Virus record (IMG/VR): IMGVR_UViG_3300027631_002331 | Span: 25,480 to 89,479 of that record | DNA length: 64,000 nt | DNA from: a virus | Direction: 5' to 3' (one strand) | Part shown: positions 57,040 through 64,000 of the stretch, piece after piece | Position numbering within the stretch: the stretch's first letter is position 1 | How the letters are laid out: every line of letters starts with the position of its first letter | The notes under the pieces: model-generated | The model's input: the letters and a program-made list of their open reading frames with translations, nothing else | Databases searched by the model: none | What the model was told of the DNA's origin: nothing | Made by a program: the position numbers and the translations under genes

Positions 57040-58748
57040 TGTATAAAAAAATACACGCACAGTTTAGAGGTAAAAATAAATACCTTATGCATCTTTGGAC
57101 TGATGACGGAGGTTATGAACAGGTAGAGTGGTGGAATACGGCCTATCAGGAGTGTAGTAAAGATGAAGCAACCCATAGGGGGATTCATGATGAACCTTTA
57201 AAAAAGGTTTACAAGTATGAGAAAAATCAACTTGGACTACATTTTGGTGATATGCCGGCCCACCAAAAATTCCTTATTGAAAAATATGGAACTAATGATG
57301 AACCCTCCACAGGCCACCGCGAAGTATTTTTTGATATTGAAACTGAGATGGGTGATGCTCTTACTGTAGAGTATATAGAATCAGCACCTAAGAAAGTTAC
57401 ATCTATAGCATGGTGGGATAAACAACTTGATGAGTGGGGGATTGTTATTTTGGATCCCAAAAACCAAATCGAAGAGAAGAAAGAAGGTAATAGACATATA
57501 ATACCATGTCGTACTGAACAGGGATTATTAGCAACGTTTATTGAAAAATATAAACAAATAGACCCAGATATTCTTATAGGTTACAACTCAGACTATTTTG
57601 ATATTCCTTACTTATATTATAGAATATGTAAAATATTGGGCCCAGAGTGGGGTAACGAGTTATCTCCAATAGGTCAAGTACAATCGAAAGCAACATCAGA
57701 TGTTTGGTATTATAGAGATTGTTATGTTAGAATCGCTGGTATACAATCGTTAGATTATATTCGTCTACATAAGAAGTATAGTTGGGCAGATGAACCATCT
57801 TGGAAACTGGATGCTATAGGTGAAAAGTATGTAGGTAAAGGTAAAATCGAATATGATGGATCGTTAGATAGATTATTTGAAGAGGATATTGAAAAGTTTA
57901 TGGAATATAACTTTGTGGATGTTGAAATCCTTAAGTTATTAGATGAAAAACTTCAATACCTTGCCTTAACTAGAAATATATCTCATAAGGGTAAACACAA
58001 CTATGAAGAGGTTTATGCTTCCTCCAAAACACAAGATGGAGCTATATCAGCTTATCTAATCTCACAAGGGATGATACCACCCCAAAAAGATAGAAACCCT
58101 ATAGTAAAGAAAAACTATGCTGGTGGGTATTTATTTTGTCCTGTAGCTGGTTTATACAAGTATATGTTTGATGAGGATTTAACGTCACTATATCCATCGA
58201 TTATTATGACTTTAAACGTAGGTAAAGAAACATTTGTAGCACGAATCATACCAGACAACGATCGAGATAATCACTTAGCACTAAACGATCTTAAATCTAT
58301 GGATCCCAATACTGAGTTTAACTTAGAATATGCTAACGGGAATCGTGAATTTAAAAGTGTATCTACTATTATATCAGCAATAGAAAATGGTAATCTATCC
58401 ATATCAGCAAACGGTGCTATGTTTCAAACTGATCGTGAATCGCTATTATCAACTATTCTACAAAAGTGGTTTGAAGAAAGGGTAATATATAAGGGTAAGA
58501 TGAAAAAAGCATACAAAGCAGGTAATAGTGAAGAAGGTGAGTATTACCACTTGATGCAATATACTATGAAGATTTTACTAAATAGTTTGTATGGTGCTTT
58601 AGCCTTACCTAGCTTTAGATATGGTAGTATTATCCTATCAGAATCTATAACACTATCAGGGCAACGTATTATACAAGAATCAGCGTTGTGCGCGAATAGG
58701 CACATGAACAAGGTTATAAAAGGTCAGATTAAACTAGACGCGGTTTAA
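57039..58748 (+). CDS. Family B DNA polymerase, N-terminal part (exonuclease, motifs A and B)
   Basis: FFDIET, GYNSDYFDIPY, KLDAIG, YNFVDV, DLTSLYPSII, QY..KILLNSLYG; ends before motif C. Confidence 0.92.
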   Translation: MYKKIHAQFRGKNKYLMHLWTDDGGYEQVEWWNTAYQECSKDEATHRGIHDEPLKKVYKYEKNQLGLHFGDMPAHQKFLIEKYGTNDEPSTGHREVFFDIETEMGDALTVEYIESAPKKVTSIAWWDKQLDEWGIVILDPKNQIEEKKEGNRHIIPCRTEQGLLATFIEKYKQIDPDILIGYNSDYFDIPYLYYRICKILGPEWGNELSPIGQVQSKATSDVWYYRDCYVRIAGIQSLDYIRLHKKYSWADEPSWKLDAIGEKYVGKGKIEYDGSLDRLFEEDIEKFMEYNFVDVEILKLLDEKLQYLALTRNISHKGKHNYEEVYASSKTQDGAISAYLISQGMIPPQKDRNPIVKKNYAGGYLFCPVAGLYKYMFDEDLTSLYPSIIMTLNVGKETFVARIIPDNDRDNHLALNDLKSMDPNTEFNLEYANGNREFKSVSTIISAIENGNLSISANGAMFQTDRESLLSTILQKWFEERVIYKGKMKKAYKAGNSEEGEYYHLMQYTMKILLNSLYGALALPSFRYGSIILSESITLSGQRIIQESALCANRHMNKVIKGQIKLDAV

Positions 58749-58757
58749 ATAATAATA

Positions 58758-58811
58758 AGTGTGTATACACCACACTACATATAAAAACATAGGTAGCGCG
58801 TTAAACGCGCT
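58758..58811. other. Two hairpins in the PolB split junction
   Basis: AGTGTG-N7-CACACT (58758-58776) and AGCGCGT-TAA-ACGCGCT (58795-58811). Confidence 0.6.
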
Positions 58812-58837
58812 TAAAATACGTAATAAACACATAAAAT

Positions 58838-59101
58838 ATGGCACTTAAACCACAATCAATACGTAAGGACACAACAATATACTTAAACGAAGAGTTAGCT
58901 GAAAAAGCTACTATTATCGAACTATCTGAATCTTGGAGTGAAAAGGAGGAAAAACTATTTAGAAAGATGCTTCAACAAGGTGGTAAGTTTAAACTTCAAG
59001 GTAACTTATTTAGAATAGTAAAAGACGAAAAAATAGTAAATACCAAAGGATTTAAAGATGAAGGAATAATCCAAATCCCAGGTTTAGATACCAAGTTTTA
59101 A
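58838..59101 (+). CDS. Hypothetical protein between the PolB halves
   Basis: 87 aa; coupled by TAATG to the PolB C-terminal gene. Confidence 0.7.
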   Translation: MALKPQSIRKDTTIYLNEELAEKATIIELSESWSEKEEKLFRKMLQQGGKFKLQGNLFRIVKDEKIVNTKGFKDEGIIQIPGLDTKF

Positions 59102-60036
59102 TGAAATATTTAGAAGATATACCAAAACATATATGTGATGAAGGTGATACAAACTATTGTGCGTACGTTGATACGGATTCTAATTACTTTAATGCTGAGC
59201 CTTTACTTAATCATTTGTATCCCGATTTTGAGTCTTTTGAAGATACTGAAAAAGATGACAAACTAGAGAAAGTAGCTTTAGCGTATCAAGATATTATAAC
59301 AGAGGATTATAATAGATTAGCTCTAGAAGCGTTTAACGTCAAATCACATAGGTTAGAGATGAAGACAGAAGCTGTTATTCGTTCGGCTTACTTTAGAGCA
59401 CCACGTCGTTATGCTCAATGGATTACTAAACAAGAAGGAATAGCTAAGGAAGTATTAGATATTAAAGGTTTAGAGTTTAAGAAAGCAAACTTCCCACCTA
59501 TTTTAGGTAAGTTTTTCTATAAAATCTTACAACAAGTATTAAAAGGCGAAGATAAAGAAAATATTGATAAACAAATCGTTGATTTTAAACATAAAATATT
59601 AAGTGGTGGTATCCCATTACCTAAACTAGGAACACCATCAGCAGTTCGTAAACTTAACTTTTATACAGGTCAAAAACCAAGAGCAGGTGAGATATTTTCA
59701 AAACTAACCAAAGGTGCTAACGCAGCTCATAAAGCAGCAATAGCATATAACGATTTACTTCGTTTTTGGGGATTAGGTAATAAACACTCTCAAATAGTAC
59801 AAGGTGATAAGATTAAGTTTTTATATTTAAAAAACAACCCATATAAACTAGATGCGTTAGGTTTTTTAGATTTTGACATTCCTGACAAAGTGATGGATTT
59901 CTTAGAAAAATATGCTGATAGACAAAAAGTATGGGAATCTATATTACAAAATAAGTTAGAAAACTTCTATGGTGATTTAACTTGGCACTACAACACAAAC
60001 CCACACTTAAGCGTATTTAAAACAATTGAAATCTAA
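59101..60036 (+). CDS. Family B DNA polymerase, C-terminal part (motif C, thumb)
   Basis: YVDTDS, RRYA, IKGLE, H.KAAI.YN.LL, GDKIKF.YLK. Confidence 0.92.
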   Translation: MKYLEDIPKHICDEGDTNYCAYVDTDSNYFNAEPLLNHLYPDFESFEDTEKDDKLEKVALAYQDIITEDYNRLALEAFNVKSHRLEMKTEAVIRSAYFRAPRRYAQWITKQEGIAKEVLDIKGLEFKKANFPPILGKFFYKILQQVLKGEDKENIDKQIVDFKHKILSGGIPLPKLGTPSAVRKLNFYTGQKPRAGEIFSKLTKGANAAHKAAIAYNDLLRFWGLGNKHSQIVQGDKIKFLYLKNNPYKLDALGFLDFDIPDKVMDFLEKYADRQKVWESILQNKLENFYGDLTWHYNTNPHLSVFKTIEI

Positions 60037-60072
60037 TTTGGTTACCCTAATAAAAGTTATTACATTAACGTT

Positions 60073-60801
60073 ATGATCGAAAAACAAAAACTAACATCAA
60101 TAATCTCTAAGTACAACCTAATGAACCGAAATGAATCGGTTAAGTGGTTCTTTAAAGATAATACACTAACTATTTACTTTGGTGAACCAGGTCGTGTAGG
60201 TAAAGTTATACTAAAGGATATTAAGTTTGAAGAGTGTACCTTAGCAGTATTTAACACAAACCAACTATCTAAACTTATATCAGTTACTCAAGGTATGGTT
60301 TTATTAGAAACTGAACAACAGAATAAAGTTTATACAAAACTATTATTATCTGATGCTAACTTTAACTTAACGTATTCGTTATCAGATATTATGATGATTC
60401 CTAAAGTAAGTTGGGTTACAAACGAAAACGATTTTGAATATCAAGTTGAGTTGTCTTTAGATGAAGAACAAGTAACTCATCTAATAAAAGCTAAAAACGC
60501 ATTATTAGAATCACAAACTATGCTTATCAATACTGATAAGGATATGGATGGTAGTCCAGTTGTAGATTTCATATTTGGTGATAATACAGGTTTTTCAAAT
60601 AAAATATCTTACCAAGTTAGAGGACGTGTTGATGTTCAAGATTTATCTATACCTTTTGATGCTATGTTATTTAGAGACATTTTAAAGGTTAATCAAGATG
60701 CTAAAACCACTAAATTATTTTTAAATAAACAAGGAGTATTAAAACTTGAATTTGACAACGATTTAACATCAGGGGTTTATTACATGGCACGCAATGAATA
60801 A
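60073..60801 (+). CDS. DNA sliding clamp (gp45/PCNA-like)
   Basis: 242 aa two-domain beta/alpha pattern ending YYMARNE; follows PolB; clamp loader downstream. Confidence 0.65.
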   Translation: MIEKQKLTSIISKYNLMNRNESVKWFFKDNTLTIYFGEPGRVGKVILKDIKFEECTLAVFNTNQLSKLISVTQGMVLLETEQQNKVYTKLLLSDANFNLTYSLSDIMMIPKVSWVTNENDFEYQVELSLDEEQVTHLIKAKNALLESQTMLINTDKDMDGSPVVDFIFGDNTGFSNKISYQVRGRVDVQDLSIPFDAMLFRDILKVNQDAKTTKLFLNKQGVLKLEFDNDLTSGVYYMARNE

Positions 60802-60905
60802 AAACATATTTTAACATATGTATAACAAAATAACGAACGCACCTTCCGGGCAATAGTTATGTTTTAATTTAACCGGTGATCTTAGGACACCACAAAACAA
60901 ATGAT

Positions 60906-61346
60906 ATGAGTACATTAAACTTGTTCGAAAGAACACCATTCGATTTATTAGTTAGAAACTTTCTAACAACAGAGGCAAACTACAGACCCGTAGAACAAAA
61001 CCTCAAACTAGCACACCCATTAGACGTTTATCAAGATACATTTGGTCTCACTTTTGAGATTGCATGTACCGGCATTGATAAAAGTGACCTTGAAATTCTT
61101 ATTGAAGGTCAAACACTAAGAGTAAATTACGATAAGAAAATTTCTCCTGAACAGGATGAATTAGATGAACAAAAGAAGAAGGATTATATCTATAGAGGTA
61201 TAGCTAAACGTTCCTTTAACTTAGGTTGGAAAATCGATCCAAAATTTGATTTAACAAAAGCAACCCCATCTTTCGAAAACGGACTTTTAGAAATTAAAAT
61301 CCCTTATTTACAAGGTAAAGGCGTAAAAACGTTAAAAATTAAGTAA
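60906..61346 (+). CDS. Small heat-shock protein (Hsp20)
   Basis: PLDVY, EIACTG..KSDL.I, YRGIAKRSF, FENGLL.I.IP, K.LKIK. Confidence 0.92.
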   Translation: MSTLNLFERTPFDLLVRNFLTTEANYRPVEQNLKLAHPLDVYQDTFGLTFEIACTGIDKSDLEILIEGQTLRVNYDKKISPEQDELDEQKKKDYIYRGIAKRSFNLGWKIDPKFDLTKATPSFENGLLEIKIPYLQGKGVKTLKIK

Positions 61347-61415
61347 GAATCTTCCCGGAAGGGGTTGGTTATTACAAATTTTATTCGTATATTAACGTCA
61401 AACATAAAAATAGTT

Positions 61416-61697
61416 ATGGCAAACAAAAATTTCAAGGGCCGACCTAAAGGCTCTAACAAAGTTATTATTACAGATCCCAGTTTAGGTAAGTATTACATCT
61501 CTCAGGATGAGTGGTCATTTAATCTAATACGTAAAAATGCTAATAGTGAAACCATTTTAGGGTATCACATGGATTTAGCTCACGCATTAAAATCTGCCGC
61601 AAAATACTTAGCTTTAGATGGAAAAGAAATTACATTAGACAATTATATTAATCAATTAAACAGTAAATTAGATGAGTTCAGCAAAAGCTTTAACTAA
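61416..61697 (+). CDS. Hypothetical protein (KGRPKGS AT-hook-like start)
   Basis: ATG 61416 after promoter TTG 61365-N20-TATATT 61388. Confidence 0.6.
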   Translation: MANKNFKGRPKGSNKVIITDPSLGKYYISQDEWSFNLIRKNANSETILGYHMDLAHALKSAAKYLALDGKEITLDNYINQLNSKLDEFSKSFN

Positions 61698-61992
61698 CGT
61701 TGTAGCAGTTTTCGACGCTATTATAGTTAGACCTCTAGAGGAGGAAGAAACAACATTCGGTTCTATTATAGTACCAGATATGGGTAAAGAAAAACACATA
61801 ACAGGAGATGTTATTTCAGTAGGACCTGGAAGAATGTCAGTTATGGGTAATCTAATCCCAACAGTTATTAAAGTAGGTGATAGAGTTATTTTACCACAAG
61901 TAGGTGTAACCAAAATAGATTCAATCGAAGGTGAGTTATTAGCCTGCGATGAAGGAAAAGTTTTAGCAATCTTAAAATCAAACGATGAGTAA
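61672..61992 (+). CDS. groES: Co-chaperonin GroES
   Basis: IIVRP.E.EE.T.G.IIVPD..KEK...G.VISVGPG, KVGDRV, LAIL. Confidence 0.92.
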   Translation: MSSAKALTNVVAVFDAIIVRPLEEEETTFGSIIVPDMGKEKHITGDVISVGPGRMSVMGNLIPTVIKVGDRVILPQVGVTKIDSIEGELLACDEGKVLAILKSNDE

Positions 61993-63595
61993 ACAAGTAA
62001 AACTAGGAACCGAAGCTAGAAAACAGTTAGTACAAGGTATTGACACATTAGCAGATGCAGTAGTATCAACATTAGGACCACATGGTAGAAATGTAGTTAT
62101 AGCAGGACCTGAATCTCCACAATCTACAAAGGATGGAGTTACAGTTGCTAAATCTATTACATTAAAAGACCCAATCCAAGAACTAGGAGTTCAATTGGTA
62201 AAACAAGCAGCTGAACAAACAGCGGATAAAGCAGGTGATGGTACTACAACATCTACTCTACTCGCTCGTGAAATGGTTAAAGATGGGTTAACAGCATTAA
62301 ATAATAACGAAAACGCTGTTCAAATCAAAAGAGATATTGATATAGCAGTTAAGGATGTAGTAGAATCACTTCGTTATAAAGTTAGTCAAGATATATCAGC
62401 TGAAGGTCAGTTAGAACAAGTAGCAACAGTATCAGCTAATAACGATTCTGAAACTGGAAAGTTAATCGCTACATCTATTGAAAAAGTAGGATTAGAAGGA
62501 GTGGTACATATTGAAGAATCTCGTACTGGAGAAACATATTTGGAAACAGTAGAAGGTCTACAGTTTGATAAGGGTTATAAATCACCTTATTTCGTTACTG
62601 ATAATAATACTATGTCAACTGTTTTAGACAATCCATTTATTCTAATAGTTGATGGTAAACTAACAGCAGTTAAAGACTTATTACCTATCTTAGAGGGAGT
62701 ATCAGCTCAATCACGTTCATTATTAATCATCGCAGATGACATTGAACAAGAAGCATTAGCTACACTAATCGTTAATAAGATGAGAGGTATCATCAACGTT
62801 TGTGCTGTCCAAGCACCAGAGTTTGGGGATCGTCGTAAGTTAGTATTAGAAGATATTGCTATTACAACAGGTGGTACAGTATTTAGTAAAGACAAGGGTA
62901 TGAAATGGGATCGTTTTGATACCAATTGGTTCGGTTCAGCTCGTACTGCTACTATTTCAAAAGAAGAAACTACGATTGTTGATGGTCAAGGTGATGCAGA
63001 CACAATCAAACTACGTATTGAAGAGTTACAAGCACAAATCGACAAATCTACAACACCATACGAGATTGAAAAACTACAAGATCGTTTGGCTAAGTTTGTG
63101 GGTGGAGTAGCGATTATTCATGTTGGTGGTCAGACTGAAACCGAAATGAAAGAGAGAAAAGATAGAGTTGATGATGCTTTACACGCAACAAAAGCAGCTA
63201 TTGAAGAAGGTATAGTACCAGGTGGTGGTAGAGCATTATTAGAAGCTAAATCAGCTATTACAAACTCAGACACAACAGGTGGTAAAATCGTATCTCAAGC
63301 ATGTGTTAAACCATTTATTCAAATCTTACAAAACGCGGGTATTGAAAAAACAGATGCTCATATTATTGCAAATGAGGTTGAAAACGGTGATTTATCTAAA
63401 TCATACGATTTAAAAACAGATGAGATTATCGATTTCTACGTTGCTGGTATTATTGACCCAACTAAAGTAACACGTACTGCATTACAAAACGCAGCATCAA
63501 TCGCAGGTACTATTCTATTAACAGAAGCTGTAGTGGTAGACGAAGAATCAGATGATAACTCAGCAGGAGGTGTTGATCCAACACAATTCATGTAA
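61985..63595 (+). CDS. groEL: Chaperonin GroEL
   Basis: TLGP.GRNV, TKDGVTVAK, AGDGTTT, EGLQFDKGY.SPYF, GGVA, EEGIVPGGG, GIIDP.KV. Confidence 0.97.
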   Translation: MSKQVKLGTEARKQLVQGIDTLADAVVSTLGPHGRNVVIAGPESPQSTKDGVTVAKSITLKDPIQELGVQLVKQAAEQTADKAGDGTTTSTLLAREMVKDGLTALNNNENAVQIKRDIDIAVKDVVESLRYKVSQDISAEGQLEQVATVSANNDSETGKLIATSIEKVGLEGVVHIEESRTGETYLETVEGLQFDKGYKSPYFVTDNNTMSTVLDNPFILIVDGKLTAVKDLLPILEGVSAQSRSLLIIADDIEQEALATLIVNKMRGIINVCAVQAPEFGDRRKLVLEDIAITTGGTVFSKDKGMKWDRFDTNWFGSARTATISKEETTIVDGQGDADTIKLRIEELQAQIDKSTTPYEIEKLQDRLAKFVGGVAIIHVGGQTETEMKERKDRVDDALHATKAAIEEGIVPGGGRALLEAKSAITNSDTTGGKIVSQACVKPFIQILQNAGIEKTDAHIIANEVENGDLSKSYDLKTDEIIDFYVAGIIDPTKVTRTALQNAASIAGTILLTEAVVVDEESDDNSAGGVDPTQFM

Positions 63596-63870
63596 TGGTA
63601 AGAACAGAGATAGAAACACAATACGACTTAATAGCTGAACGCGTTAAACCAGGAGATAGGTGGTCGCTAGTAGGTGAAAGAGTAGTTCATAAATCACTAA
63701 CTGATGCTTTAGAGGCTTGGTTTAGTGTTAATCAAGAACAAGTTTCATTCAGGCTTGACCCCCTAGATTCTAAGTTGTATGTTATACGTGAAGAACAAGT
63801 AGAAGTTAAACCAGAACCAATTAAAACATTTAGTTTATATGGCGAACTCAGTCAGACTAACGAGCAATAA
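63595..63870 (+). CDS. Hypothetical protein
   Basis: 91 aa coupled to groEL; IAERVKPGDRW. Confidence 0.65.
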   Translation: MVRTEIETQYDLIAERVKPGDRWSLVGERVVHKSLTDALEAWFSVNQEQVSFRLDPLDSKLYVIREEQVEVKPEPIKTFSLYGELSQTNEQ

Positions 63871-64000
63871 TAAACATACGTTACTAAATGAGCGTTACCG
63901 TCCTGCAACATTGGACGGTTACGTTGGTAACGAACAACTTAAAACTACAATAGCTAAATATCTAGAACAAAACGATATTCAGAACTACTTATTTCATGGT
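63839..64000 (+). CDS. Clamp loader (RFC small subunit/gp44-like), truncated by window end
   Basis: MANSVRL...HTLLNERYRPATLDGYVGNEQLK...NDIQNYLFHG, the RFC box II leading into Walker A. Confidence 0.88.
   Translation, partial: MANSVRLTSNNKHTLLNERYRPATLDGYVGNEQLKTTIAKYLEQNDIQNYLFHG

Noticed and set aside
58749-59100. Intein, group I intron or stop-codon read-through joining the PolB halves
   Set aside because: No Cys/Ser...His-Asn intein ends, no LAGLIDADG/HNH/GIY-YIG motif, no recognisable intron core; the halves are in different frames and the stop is TAA.
1308-63621. The many short minus-strand ORFs in the track
   Set aside because: All overlap well-supported plus-strand genes or their promoters, and show no recognisable motifs.
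1-64000. Alternative genetic code (TAG/TGA reassignment)
   Set aside because: Genes are full length in code 11, and TAG (e.g. 2684, 33122, 53532) and TGA (e.g. 11610, 33682) act as normal stops at gene boundaries.
1-64000. tRNA, rRNA, integrase, transposase or reverse-transcriptase/DGR elements
   Set aside because: No cloverleaf or T-loop signature in the short intergenic gaps and no such protein motifs seen; a tRNAscan/Infernal run would be needed to exclude them formally.

Overview
A 64 kb, AT-rich, gene-dense segment of a large contractile-tailed (myovirus-like, T4-related core) bacteriophage genome. Essentially all real genes are on the + strand in the standard genetic code. The host is probably a Bacteroidota/Flavobacteriia bacterium: there are 14 TTG/TAG-N19-20-TAnnTT promoters, A-rich leaders without Shine-Dalgarno sequences, a TonB-dependent receptor and a DUF4494-like ORF. 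Gene order: tail sheath, tube, chaperone, tape measure and baseplate (1-11.6 kb); PolA-like protein, SSB, RecA, 5'-3' exonuclease, helicase and class Ia RNR (11.6-20.6 kb); a secreted nuclease + TonB receptor + S1/P1 nuclease + small membrane protein + kinase cassette (20.6-25.4 kb); an envelope module with a cohesin/dockerin-like protein, a CsgG-like protein and an acidic-stalk protein (25.5-31.0 kb); holin-like gene and amidase; a 7-deazaguanine DNA-modification set (TGT/DpdA-like, queC, queD ... queE, folE, PRTase) interrupted by a ~14 kb island of Ser-Gly-Ser-rich fibre genes plus sulfation/glycosylation enzymes; MazG-like protein, a split family B DNA polymerase, clamp, Hsp20, GroES/GroEL and the start of a clamp loader. 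The leading candidates for an undescribed system are the putative phage-encoded extracellular nucleic-acid scavenging pipeline, the CsgG/cohesin envelope module, the PAPS-synthesis/sulfotransferase virion-decoration module, and a probable +1 (or -2) frameshift in the tail chaperone. All functional calls come from reading motifs by eye; no database searches were run.
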